This document shows positions 1-12,276 of a stretch of DNA of 64,000 nucleotides, in pieces (positions within the stretch are counted from its first letter, which is position 1; every line of letters starts with the position of its first letter). The DNA is from Klebsormidium nitens (taxonomy: Eukaryota > Plantae > Klebsormidiophyceae): assembly GCA_000708835.1 (NCBI GenBank), contig DF236956.1, positions 124,001 through 188,000 of the forward strand. The letters are read 5' to 3'. Below the pieces are notes generated by a model. The model saw only the letters and a program-made list of their open reading frames with translations, was not told where the DNA came from and made no database searches. The translations under genes and the position numbers were made by a program.

Positions 1-179
1 TAAAAAGACCACGTTTTTAAGAAATGGGATGCTGTCTTCTCTTCAAACCCAATCATGTTGCACTTCAAGTAGTGAGATTGAACAAGTAGCAAAGATCTTT
101 TTGCAGCACATCCACTCAAGCTCTATGAGTGTGCAAGAAACCTTCCTGATCTCCATACTTTCTCGTGCGGGTGACTCAC

Positions 180-2514
180 CTGAGCGTCATGAGACCCCAG
201 AAAATCGGAAACGCGATCTTCTCCGCGACGCTGGTCCCGACCACCAGGGGCAGCGCGTTCCAGTAGATCCCGTGATGAAACGACTTTGCGTCCGTAATGC
301 ACTCCGTGGTCACGTTCAGGTTGCCAGTCCAAGCCGCGCGCGCGGCGCTGAAGTGGGGGTGATGAACCATTTCGATGGGGGGGTCGCAGCCGAGAATGTA
401 GTGGGTGCACCCGGGAGTCTGGTCGCACTTGTGAGCCAGGCAGCTGTGGACTCGGGCGACGGCAAAGAGGTACCACAGGGCGCCGAACACCTACCAGGGG
501 GAGGCAATAGCGTCAGGACGTGAACCGAGAAACAACGTACCCGGGGCGAGGGAGTGGGGTAAGAAGGATTAGAAGCTAGGAGAAACGTGGGGTAAGAAGA
601 GGAGATTAGCGCGAGATACAGCTGGCAACAAGCAGGAAACGAGGACCCCGGGAGGAAAGGCTGCTTTCAAGAAGCAGAAATTTGAGAGGGGTGTGCGGAG
701 AAAAGCCCTTTGAAAGTAAAGGAAGAGAAGCGAGTCGGAAGGCTGGAGAGCGAAGAAGTTTTGCGAACGTTGGTATTAGATGAAGGTGTCTTTCTCGCCT
801 GAGCGTTGAACAGATAAGTTAGGAACGTGCGGGATAAAACGAATCAATCATTTCCAACTAGATTCAGTGTTCCGACGATGACGGGTTGTGGAATTTGCAG
901 CCTTTGCGAACGGGAAAGGAAGCCTGTGATTTCGGGAGCCAAAGGCGCCCGGAATCACACGTATGAGCACCTTTGAATTTTCCACAGACTAGGCTATGAC
1001 GTGCTTACGTGCGCGGCGGTGACGTAGGCTGCCAGGTTGAGGACGAAGCCCCACCAGGAGCCCCAGAAGATGTACCCCACCACGCGCTGCATCCGACGAA
1101 CTAGAGCGCAGTACCGGAAGAGCCGGATGATGAACTGGACGAGAAGAGCGAAGAGGAGCACGGTGGTCGCGCTTGCGGTGGAGCCTGACGTCATCAAGTG
1201 CGGAACCAGGATCCAGATGGTGAACTAGAAAGGGGGAGAAGAATGAAGGATGAGGAAAATGAGCAGGAACTGAGTGTGTAAGAGTGCATGAGGATGATGG
1301 AAAGCAGACTTTGAAAGAAAGCGTGCTGCCGTTTCCAGACAGTGACTGATGAGCGCAGCAAGCTGCCGTTAGGAGCCCTTTGTTGTCGGACGATTCGAAT
1401 ATGCGTTCTTTACAGGCGGGCACATTGTGGCAGAGGCTCTTCAGGAACAAAAGGTTCTCCTACTTCCGAGGTGCAAGCAATCCCATTCTTGCCTCCTACT
1501 TGGAGCTAATGTCGGTTCCATTCGATTGGAGGGTATGCTTCAAGGAAGTTCTGCTGAACCAATCTGCTGGTTGTTTCATGTCCTTTTCAATCGTCTCAAC
1601 TTTGAAATGGATTCGAGGCCAGTGACATAAGTTGCGTGTTTTTAAGTCAAGATTGAGCAGTCACCTGCGGGCACGGCAGAATGACGAGGATGTCCAGAGC
1701 AAGGCCCCCGCGCAGAACGTGCACGTAGTTCATGGCGACTTTGCGCGGGCTGGTCACTAGCGCGCCGATCCCCAGTTTCAGCGAGGAGCGCGAGACATAT
1801 GCCGTGCGGAACTGGAGCCACATGTTAAGAATGTAGAGCACGTCGTTCATGGTGCGTAACACTGTAACGGCGATCGCGAACGGCTCGTGGACGTAGACGC
1901 ACAGCTCGGAGAGGTCCACCGCGAGGAGGTAGAAGAAGAGGGGGTCGACCACCGTGCCACTCAGCAGCGACAGCAGGAAGACCCGGTTCCACACCTGGTG
2001 GAGAACGAGATGATACGTGGAATATCAGAGAAGCTTGTGGGAGCATAATTCTCATGTGAAAGCTTCTGGTTGATTCGCACATTTTGGTAGAGAAGCGAGG
2101 GGTTTTACAATTGAGAAGCAAAATAGCTTCCAAGGTTCGAACGGAGACTGGTCCAGTACAAGCTGCAGCAGGGACTCGGAACTTTCCAGGAATGTCTTTG
2201 AGATTCAGATCTAGGAGTCTTTTTCTGAGTTTCTCGCAGCTGCCAACTGAGATTGCTCTACTCCGAGCAGGGCTGATGTATAATCTGCTTAGCTCACCAT
2301 GATAGCCTTTGAATGAGGATTCAATACTGTGTCGAACCAGAGCCATCTCTTGCCCGCCCTCCTCAACGGCTGGTCTTCGACCTCTTCGAAGAACTGCAGC
2401 TCCCCACTCGAGCCCCCGCGATGCCTTCGACCGTAAACCTTCCATTCTGCGGGACCTGACTCGACCTCACTATCCCTCCTTTCACTGCTGGGGTTGTCGG
2501 CATTCTCAAGAGGC
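180..2514 (-). CDS. CNGC: Cyclic nucleotide-gated channel, CNGC2/4 (group IV-B)-like, copy 1; partial (3' exons lie beyond the left edge, first exon unresolved)
   Basis: GT-AG exons at 2514-2298 (...WFDTVLNPHSKAIM), 1994-1665 (VWNRVFLLSLLSGTVVDPLFFY...ALDILVILPCPQ), 1224-1009 (S4/S5: RLFRYCALVRRMQRVVGYIFWGSWWGFVLNL) and 490-180 (...GIYWNAL...KIAFPIFWGLMTL). The motifs match plant CNGC S1-pore segments, and three exon lengths (330, 216, 311 nt) equal those of copy 2. Confidence 0.92.
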
Positions 2515-4137
2515 CTGCGTTATTTGCAAGACAAGAGAAGTCTGAGTTGAGATTGGAACCGCATTCTGCTGCGACCTGATGAAAGCCTGATTGAGAAGGT
2601 ACCTTATGTGGCCAGCGTTTCTTCCCTGACTGAACGGTTAGGATTCATGAGTGACAACTGAGAGCAAGCACTATGTAAGAAGAGGCGGAACTCAGATGGG
2701 AAACCGGGTCAAGTTGAATCTGGTCTTGCAAACGGGCATGAATTGTGAAACCGAGCACCAAACTAGCTTAGGTCAAACTGATATAACTTTGTTCTGCTCA
2801 GTGGCCTAAATTCTTTGAACCTTCTTCTCTTTGCTCTCATTCGAACTGGCACTGATTGGAGCTGCCTGTGTCATGCAATTCTGCAGGCACCTCTGCTAGC
2901 AGCTGATTGCAGGCTGGATGCACATTTGAACAGGCCACTGCTCCTTGCTTAGCAAAGCTTTGGATGAAGTAGATGCTCCTAGCAGGCAGTTTACTGGATT
3001 AGGGCATAGGAGTCTGCTGCATCTGCCGTAGACCGCTGTGTGCTGAAAGCAATTAACAATTTGAATAGGCTCTCAAGAGCTGCCCTTCTCATTGCCAGTT
3101 TTTGAATCAGAGAATATTCTTAGCCGTTTTTTGCCTGACGCGCAGCCATCACGATGACGTAAGCAGCCAAGTGCACAGATTACTGGCTGATCAAGGACGT
3201 CTCACGTTTCAGTTTCATGGTTTCGAAGAAGGTGGTAAGTAACTGGAGGTTCTGAGAAGCGCACCTGATTCGATTGCGGCCCCCCATAACCCCCCCCTCC
3301 GCAGGCTGGCTCTTGGGAGCTTAGACACTAATACAATGTAAAGTTGGCCGAGACATTATTTGGTGCGGCAAGTTCCTTCATGACCGGCGCTTGCTGCGAC
3401 TCAGAGCCACGATCCGCAATTCTTCCCGTCATTGACGCCCTCCGATTGCCCCAGTCACACCCAATTGGAATCTTGAACAGTGGCAGACGTAGAAGCTTTG
3501 TAAGCCCCGATATTCGTTTCCTTTGGAGGCAGCCCTTGCAAGGACGCTATACAATCTTCACAATTACAAGGGAATTCAGAAAAGGAGATTTGTCCATACT
3601 CCTAAGTGATTTCCGTGACAGCCTGCGACTTGATCAGATTGGAGGTCCAAGAGATTGTGAAAGGCTGCATTTTTGGCCAGGTCCCAAGGCTAGTAGCTGT
3701 ATCATCGAGTAAAAGAAAGCAGCAATCCTATCTAATTCAACTTCACGTGCCAGGATTAATGTGAAAATGTCGTCACAGTGATGCCATGGCATGGATCAAA
3801 TCAGCAGCTTGCATCATGATTGCGTCATCAGAGATTCAGGAGACTTGAGAATGACCTGTTCTCAGATAGGCTGGCCGCTGCACTGACGGATTGGCATCAT
3901 GATCATCTCTTAACCACAACAGAAAGCAAAGTTTCATATTGAGATATTTTCACTAGACTCGTGCCAAGGCCGGCTGAACCTGGTGAGCAGGTTCACATAA
4001 TTGCTTACCGTCCAATCAGCTGGTCAGGGTACCCACACAGAGAGCGGCTGTAGCGACCTCACTCTCCTTCCTTAATTTAGGGTTCTGCACATGGCGTGCA
4101 CGCCAGAAAAACACCACGTGAAACAGCACGTTTGAGG

Positions 4138-4232
4138 AACCGCTGCCGGCAACTTCAAGTGGAAGTTGCACGTACTCTCGCGGCCGGCCGGGCCGCCGGT
4201 CGCGTGCCTGAATTTTGGCGCGGGTTTAAGCG
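4138..4232 (-). promoter_or_regulatory. Putative CNGC copy 1 core promoter/leader, paralogous to 12173-12276
   Basis: Same 15-bp motif, similar GC-rich spacer, and TTAAA at the position equivalent to the copy 2 TATAAA. Confidence 0.45.
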
Positions 4233-5255
4233 GGGATTGGGTCAAATGTGTCGGGTCAGGTGTAACGCTGGGCCGCGCGCGGGCGACGCGACCGGCACCG
4301 AGCGCAATTCGACTGCGTCGCATCTAAACATGACCTGTTCTTCTGCATGCGAAGATGTTTACACTGTAACTCGTCCATGAGGTCCGTCGCTCTCACTTGT
4401 ACATGTGAGATTATACGTACATGGATTATACAAATAACCAAGCATTACGCCGGGAAACGTTAAGCTGTGCTTGTACAGATGTATATATTGAAGTCCAAGA
4501 CATATTTCGCACAAAAGCAATGCCTGACATCAAAACGTTTTACCTTGCCGCACCCTACGAAGCTACAGGAAACATGCATGAAAGCTTTCAAGCATGCACC
4601 GACACACTGGGCCCACTCTAGTAAAGAGGCAAAATTGCGTGCCATATAGGTATACAGAGGTAGTCCTGGCCCGCCCAGGCCATTTCAACCAATCAATCTC
4701 AGAGCCCCGAAGGATGGAGTCTAGCAAAGTTGCTCTCCAAGCAACAGATTTCGAGCGGCTGTGCTCCTTGTTGCCAGCAATATTGATTCCTTCTAGAGTG
4801 TATTCCTCTTTAAGGCGTAGATGTTGGCAGGACCGGCACCGGCTGCTTGACAACATCCTTATGTTGCGACGTATTGCAAGAAGATTCCTCAACAGTTGAC
4901 GTTCTGATACTTCCTACACAGTCACCAAGGGCTCTCAACCTCTTCAAACCTTACCGTAACGATATCCTAGCGCCATTTGAAGACATATACTCGTTTGTCT
5001 GTAACGGCTGATTGGACATCGAGCTGCTTGGCATCATTCACAGTTCGCCGCTAGGATTCTCGTTGGCAGACCTCATTTCAGTTAAACCTTCTCCTTACTT
5101 TGCGAGCATTCAAATCTGTCCTTACACAGCAGTCGACCACCTTTTGATACCTTGAAATAAAAGTAGTCAGCCAAGCTCTGCTGCCATGAGCGTGCGCGCG
5201 TGCAGCAATATGCGAGCCCTTTTTAGCCGCCGTTGCATCTTTCGCCGCAGACCGT

Positions 5256-8200
5256 CTAGTAATCTTGCGGCTTTGGCGATGTGAACATAGCAGTATACAT
5301 ACGTAACTTGTCTCTCGTCTGGTCGTCCGACCTACTGCGGTCGGTCAGCTGTCCTGGCAGGCCCGCGGGCGCGCGCGCGCGGCGGCTGGCCGCAGCCTCC
5401 TTGTAGCGTCGCCACGTCAATTGAATCGTCACAGCCGCCCAGGTGCGCCAATGCTACAAAGAAGAAAGCGCAAAGTCGATGATATTTTTTGGTCGTCTTC
5501 GAATGCACGCTGCGGAGGTGTCTAGCTCTCACTTGAGTGGACTCTCGGAGTTGCGGAAACGAAGACACGTATCGCCTGTTGCAAGAGATACGCAGCAAGG
5601 ACTGGGATCTCGTCCCACCAGGGCTGCCGAACACTCTTTCGTTGAACGCTCTGGAAATGCCTGAGGCATGCGTGATGGGAAGAAAGTACAGAGGAGCGAG
5701 ACTAAATCTCCAGCAGGTGACAGTATGTTGCGAAGAGGAAAAGGCTGTCTGCGCACTCGAAAATCCGCCAAACTGGCAGGCGGACTAAAGACACTTGACA
5801 TGAACTAAAGACACTTGACATGCTCACTGTTGTGGAGTAACTTCCACAACAGTGAGCAAGTCAAGTCGACCAGTCAAAGTCAGAGGACTCTATACAGCTT
5901 ATATCATTTGCCACCCTCACCGGCGAGTAATGTCGAATGGTGTGCCGCAGTTTCTTGCTCTGCAGGCGCTGCTGGAAATGCGATGTGACGTACATCAAGT
6001 CGTCTGCCTCCAGCGCAAACGCCTCCACGGTGTCAACGCAGTCCAGGCTGCACCACAGGACAATATTGGTCAACACATCCCCACATTGAATCTTTGACGA
6101 GATTGTCCCAGCTGCCCAATCTCAAACCGCAGGCGCCTTCCACACAGCCTCGTCAGGATTACCTGTTTCTGCGGTTACCCAACTTACCATGATCAACCTA
6201 CGGGATTCGAACCTGTGTCGTCGCCATGAAAAACGCGTAATCGGAAGTGTCCAGATAACTGCTGCCGTAATGCTTCCAGAAGCGGCCAGCCATCTGAAGA
6301 TCTCGTGGATTTTAAAAAAGCTCTCGGAAATTGTGTAGGCGGCACAGATGCACAAAGGGACAACCTGCTAGACTAGAGAAACGTATCCCCTGGAAAAAAG
6401 CATCTGGGACGCTGAAGTCTAGCTAACCTGGCGGTGGAAAGCGGGAGCCGGTTCCGATCCGCAGTGCGCGAGAGACCCCACGTGAGAAGCTCTTCCCCGG
6501 TGAAGTCCCCCGGGCCCAGCAGGGCGACGCTCGGGCGGCCCCCGAAAGTGTGCACGTTGCGCAGGCGGCCGCGCACAAGAAGCAAGAGCCGCCGCACGGG
6601 CTCGCCGTCGCGCATCAGAACGAGGCCGCGCGTAAAGAGCACGGGGCGCAGCCGCTCGCACAGAATGTCGAGGAGCAGCGGGTCCGTGTACGAGAACAGC
6701 GGGATCTGCGCGCACGTTCGTGAGACATCTTGAAGACTCCCCAAAGAAAGCACATAAAAGAACTTCCGTTTCTCCTGTGAAGCCCCTGAGTGATTTATCA
6801 TCGCAATGCCTTTCTGACAGAACAGGACGGTGGTCCGGACACTCAAAAAACAAAGCAATCAAATGGATCGATCTTGCGCTTCTCGTCTAACTCTTTTCTT
6901 CGGAGGCCAATCTGCTTGAAGGGTCGGTAAATCAAGCAAGACCTCTCAAGCTTTGCACCTTTCGCAGGCACGTTCAGTGTGGCAGGAAAGTCCAGAAAGC
7001 AAAGGTAAACACTCAACATACCCTCTTGTGACCAAAGCGGTCCCTTGTTAGCTTGGTTCGCTTCTCACCTTCCTGACGAGGTCCAAGCAGAGATACCGCT
7101 TGATGTCCCGCCGCAGCCCCTCTGGCAGGTCGCGCGTCATAGCCTCCTCGTCGATGCCACGTGTCGCCGCCCAGTGCTGCTGCTCGTAGTCGTCCACGCG
7201 CTCCTGCAGCGGGATCGGCAGCTGCCGCCGCGCCATCCACCACTCCAGGTCCTGCCGGCGCGCGCGCATCCGGTCGACGCGCGTCCACAGCGACTGGAAG
7301 AATACCTGAGAAGGTGCACGGGAAGACGGGGGATTGATAACTGCAGAGCTGACAAGCGTACGACGCGTGATCCTGAAGCGCCCAAAAGAAGATACGGACG
7401 TTATGCGCCTTGTTTACAGAAAGTTTTGACGAGCACGAAGAATCGTGATGAACTTTAGAGATCCTCTAAAAAGGATCTTGACAGAACAAATATACTGAGA
7501 GCCCTTTTCAGGGCTGGACTTTCGAGCTTTGGAAGCCGGACTTGACGAATCTCGAAGTTGCACCCCTGTAAAGCCCCTGACGAAATGGAAAAGTAGGTGC
7601 TTACCTGGATGTTTCCGATGAGCGCGGAGAAGAGCATAAGGCCCGACATCACGAGGACGAGACTGAAGAGCGTCTCGGAGAAATCATCGGTGGGCGTGAG
7701 GGCGTTGCAGAAAGAGCTGTACGGGAGAGGAAACTGTAGGTGCTTACCTGGATGTTTCCAATGAGCGCGGAAAAGAGCATTAGGCCCGACATGACCAGGA
7801 CGAGGCTGAAGAGCGTCTCGGGGAGATCATCGGTGGGCGTGAGCGAGTTGCAGAACGAGCTGCGCGGGAGGAATCGTATTGAATGCTCAGGGCAAGTTGG
7901 CGTACTACAGCTCGCGTATCGAGCCACATTCCGTCCCAAAACCCCTGACGTCTTAAACGGACTCACTGTTAAAACTTTCCCAGACAAGAGACATGATTTC
8001 GTATCTGCTCCCCTTAGCTGCTCTGCCACGACCTAAGCTTCAGCTTTAAGGAACTTCATAATATTTTGAGCATCATGGAGGACAGCCAGAGACTATAAAG
8101 AACCTTCCCAGCAATCAGCTTGTTAACAGTGCCGGCGAAAACTTACCTGAGCGTCATGAGCCCCCAAAAGATGGGGAATGCAATCTTCTCGGCGACGCTG

Positions 8201-10952
8201 GTCCCGACTACTAGCGGCAGAGCGTTCCAGTAGATGCCGTGGTGGAACGTCTTCTGGTCTTGCACGCATTCCAGCGTTACGTTAACGTTCTGCGACCAGT
8301 GAAGGCGGCCGATGCTTATGTTGGGATCCTTGGCGAACTGGATGGGGGGCTTGCAGGCCAGGTAGTGGGGGATGCACCCCGGGTAGCGCTCGCAGTGGTG
8401 CGCCAGGCAGGAGAACACCCGGGACACGGCGAAGAGGTACCACAGGGCGCCAAAAACCTGCGTAGAAAAGAAGGCTTTTGGCCTCGGGTCCATGCAGAGA
8501 ATGTGAGCGGGGAAAGACTCGGAGTACCGCGTGTCCAAACGGGGAGACAGAAGAAAGTATTTGAAGAAGAGGAGATAACACTGTTAAAACCCGGAGAGAG
8601 AGGGAAAAGTGCTGGAGGCGGGGGCGTCCATCGTGGATAATTAGCGTGAGGTAAAAAGGAAATGTCATAAAATCTTGTATTCGAGAAGTTGAAGTTTGGG
8701 GGTTGGTAAGACTCGTTAAGTTTTGACCTGAGTGAGAAGGTAAAATCTTCACTTAAGTGAGTTCCTAAGTTGGCTAGTGGTAGTTTGGTTAAGCTTCCTT
8801 CCAAAGTTGGTAGAGTTGCTTGAATCAGCAGCTTGCGCTCTCAGTAACGAAGATTCGACTCTGACTGATCAGGCCCTTGAGAGCCAGCTTCATCTTCAGA
8901 CGCCGAGACGGACAAGATGTTCATTTCATCCTTCTCAAGTCTGGAATTCTTAGCCACTCCGCATTCGCCGCCAATATAATCTTACTACTCAAAGCTGAAG
9001 CTGTGTCTCAACCTAACCTACAGAATCGGTGTGCGCTACGAAAATCGACTAATACGTCCTTACGTGTGCGGCGGCGCAGTAGGCTGCCAGGTTGAGCACG
9101 AAGCCCCACCAGGAGCCCCAGAAGATGTACCCCACCACGCGCTGCATCCGACGAACTAGAGCGAAGTACCGGAACAGGCGGATGACGAACTGAAACAGCA
9201 GGGAGCAGAGGAGCGTGGTGGTAGCTCTCGACGTGTTGCCGGACGTCATGAGGCGCGGTACCAGGATCCAGATGGCGATCTGGGGAATGGAGATATGACG
9301 TCAGCATGGTTGCCGTTAGCATGGAATTGACGTCAGTAATAGCGCGTTATATGACAGGCAGGGCTAAATTTGGGGCGCTCTCGATGGGTTGAGTTGCATT
9401 CCGCGTACGAAAAGCGAATAAATGAAACTGAAGAGAGCTTTCTGATTCCGAGCAGACTTCCTTGATTTGCCAGATACGTATCTTGTGGATGCTTACATCA
9501 GCCCTTGACTGCACGAACTGCTTCCCGTATTCTTATTAATCATTTCAACCTTACCTGAGGACAAGGCAAGATCGCCAGGATATCGAGCGCGAGCCCCCCG
9601 CGCAGAATGTGCACATAATTCATGGCGACTTTGCGCGGGTTGGTCACCAGCGCCCCGATCCCCAGTTTCAACGAGGACTTCGAGACATACGCCGTGCGGA
9701 ACTGGAGCCACATGTTGATCAGGTAGAGCACGTCGTTTATGGTGCGTAACGCCGTAACGGTGATGGCAAAAGCTTTTTGGACGTAGACGCAGAGCAGTGT
9801 GGTGTCGACCGAGAGGAGGTAGAAGAAGAGGGGGTCCACCACCGTATTGCACAGCAGAGATAGCAGGAATACGCGGTTCCATATCTGCACAGAGACGGAG
9901 CATTTCAAAACGTTTGAGCTGCAAAAGAGAGGTATTCAGAAGAAGGCGTCCTTGAGATCTAGTCTCCCCAGACTTGGTTACAATTGAAAGGCAGGGATTG
10001 CGGAAGTTTTGATAGGATCCCTAAGCTGAGATGAATTTCAGAAGGTTGTACTCTAAGAGCTGCAGCTAGGCCCGCGTTTCCAGAAAGCTGTCTAGATTAT
10101 CAACCAAGCGATAGAAAACCAGATGAGTACACAAAGTCTTGTTATCGGCTACTGCTCGGCTTTGCTCACCCTGACTGCGCTCGAGTGCGGGTTGAGCACG
10201 GAGTCGAAGCAGAACCACTTTCGCGCCGACTTCTTCCAGGATTGTTCGATCATGTCTTCAAGAGGGTCGCTAAGCTCCCCGCCCGAATCAAGGCGCTGCA
10301 ATGCATCATAGACCTTCCATCCCACGGCATTCGATCCAAGCTCATGGTGGCCCCTCTCACTGCTGGGGCTGTCGGTTTCCTGAACCGGCCTGCACAACAT
10401 TTGGAAAGCGGCAAACTCTGAGCACAACCTAGTTACCACCATGTAAATGTGCTGACGTTTACAGTGCCGAAGCTGGCCATTGTTCCAGCTGAAAGCAGCC
10501 CCCTGTCGAGCGCACAAACCCGCCTTTTACCACAAAGTCCCGAGAAATGCATCAATAGCCATGTCAGAATCGCACCTTCTGGCTGGTTCACTGGTGGCCA
10601 AGCTTCCAGGGACCGCTGGATACAAAACAAAGCGGAAGCAAAGAGACCGATGGCAGACTGCTCGATCCGTGCTCAAATTCATCAACTTACCAAGCTCCTT
10701 GGTAATGTCAGTCTGATGATCAGTAAGTTTACCGTTGTGGGGCATGCTGAAATGATAAGCTTTGCTCAGTAAGTTGTGCTCTTCCTGTGCTCTGTGTTTT
10801 GTGCTCTGTGCTCTGTGCTTTGTGCTTTGTGCTGGGTCCTCTGTGGCTTCTGGTTTCGCTCTGTGTGCTTTGTGCTTGCTGATCGGTCTTGACAAGTCTG
10901 ATTGCGCAGCCTGAAAGCATGCCTGTCCATCAGCGTTAGAAGAAATCTGCAT
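5256..10952 (-). CDS. CNGC: Cyclic nucleotide-gated channel, CNGC2/4 (group IV-B)-like, copy 2; complete
   Basis: Exons: (10952 or 10745)-10531, 10389-10170, 9884-9555, 9279-9064, 8457-8147, pore exon 7859-7748 OR 7716-7605, 7305-7069 (C-linker), 6705-6428 (cNMP-binding domain, GDFTGEELLTW), 6047-5921, 5453-5256 (IQ motif IQLTWRRYK; ends KLRMYTAMFTSPKPQDY*). All phases are compatible. WGLMTLS, LIGNIQVF and the C-terminal tail resemble AtCNGC2/4. The start codon is uncertain. Confidence 0.95.
5784..5822. repeat. 20-bp tandem duplication in the last CNGC intron
   Basis: actaaagacacttgacatg(a) occurs twice in tandem. Confidence 0.9.
7605..7716 (-). CDS. CNGC pore/S6 exon, variant B (SFCNALTPTDDFSETLFSLVLVMSGLMLFSALIGNIQ)
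   Basis: 112 nt; acceptor ttcctctcccgtacAG, donor GTAAGCACCTAC; same phases as variant A; separated from A by only 31 nt. Confidence 0.85.
7748..7859 (-). CDS. CNGC pore/S6 exon, variant A (SFCNSLTPTDDLPETLFSLVLVMSGLMLFSALIGNIQ)
   Basis: 112 nt; acceptor ttcctcccgcgcAG, donor GTAAGCACCTAC; phase 2 to phase 0, matching the flanking exons. Confidence 0.88.
10775..10880. repeat. Degenerate 7-bp tandem repeat (TGTGCTY)n
   Basis: The sequence reads tgtgctc tgtgttt tgtgctc tgtgctc tgtgctt tgtgctt tgtgctg. It lies in the open frame continuous with the CNGC copy 2 first exon (QSTKHRA-type peptide repeats). Confidence 0.85.
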
Positions 10953-12172
10953 TTTCAAGCTTGTTGGTTACCTTGACCCGAGAAGTAGTGCAACGGAGAA
11001 CCGTCGTATTTCAGAGAACCTTCTTTATATCTCCTGGCCAAATCGCTGCAGCGCGCTCCTATCAAAGCACACCGAGACCATGTAAACCAGGGTGTTCAAT
11101 ACCAGAATGACCTTAGAAGCAGCTCTGGAACCAGGCTTTGAGGTTGCTGCCCTTCAAATCTGAGTGAACTAAAGTATCGTATTTCAAAATTTACCTTGTG
11201 ACATATGTTTCAGACCAGTGTTAGGGCAGTGTTTCAGAAAATGTAGAAATAGGATTGCAAGCATCCTGTCAACTGCTGAACGTCGTCCAGGGACCCAATG
11301 AAGGCGTGTAAAAGGCGCACCTGATTTGGTTTCGCTTGCCCATGCTTGATCCTGCCAAACCAGCCCGCAGACGCTGGCCCGAAGGTTATCCTCCAACTGA
11401 CCACGTATGTGGCACCAGCATGTTAAGCTCCAGCTTCAGACCTCCTGCCTTGTCTTCCTTCAATTTGTGCCGCCTTTGGCTCATCTGCCTCTTAAAGCGT
11501 TCGTTTCTAGAAAGGCCCAGTCACCACGGAGTCTTCAAGGTGAAACCCTGAATTGGCTTCTTCTTTCAAGCAGACGCTATCATCAGCTTCAGAAGACCTG
11601 GGGACGATGAAAGTCACCTGATTCACTGGATGAAGTCCTGGAAATCAGGTATGCTTTTCCGATGGTCGTCTGACGGGCAAGCAAGGATGTCGACAACCAG
11701 AAAGCAGGAGAGAACCATATGTCTTAGCAAAAATATATGCCGCTGAAAGGAGAGGTTTCTGTGCCAAAACTTGAAGCCCTTGAAAGGCTGCACGACTTAT
11801 GCCAGCTCCGCTGATCAAAACTTTTCCTGCTTCAGTAACTGCTTATGCTCCTCTGCGCTCCTTGTCTGGCTCCAGGGTGGAGGATGATGTCACACCCAGG
11901 TCACACCGTACAGCAACATAGATGTTGCCATGACTTCATGGGACATATTTCACATGCTCGTCGTGCAGAGCAACAGCTTGCCTGAGAAAGAGATATTTTG
12001 CGTACAATTTAGCTCAGTACTTTTCCACTTTCCATCCCCTTTCCATTCACTAAAGAGCTGACGGTGTGTGCATTTGCCAGCAATTCTGTACAGTGCCAGG
12101 GCGGCACTGAGCATGCTCATGGAAATATATGATCCACAGCGCTGTCACGTGATCTAGGACGGGGCACATTCC

Positions 12173-12276
12173 AACCGCTGCCGGCAAGTTGGTGGCGGCG
12201 TACATCAATCATGCAGCGCGCGGCGGCGGGCGGCCGGCGTCCGGTCAGGTTTGGCGAACAGCCGCGGGGTTTATAG
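12173..12276 (-). promoter_or_regulatory. Putative CNGC copy 2 core promoter/leader: TATAAA (12275-12270) plus a 15-bp motif shared with copy 1
   Basis: The minus strand reads ccccTATAAAcccc in a GC-rich context. AACCGCTGCCGGCAA at 12173-12187 is identical to 4138-4152 upstream of copy 1. Confidence 0.5.

Noticed and set aside
4214-4221. TTTGGCGC, an E2F-like site
   Set aside because: Single 8-mer, not exactly conserved in the paralogous promoter (TTTGGCGA), and no cell-cycle gene context.
7649-8029. 126-aa ORF reading through pore exon A into the spacer and exon B
   Set aside because: It is intron read-through; exon B is out of frame and ends in a stop. The sequence is better explained by alternative use of the two exons.
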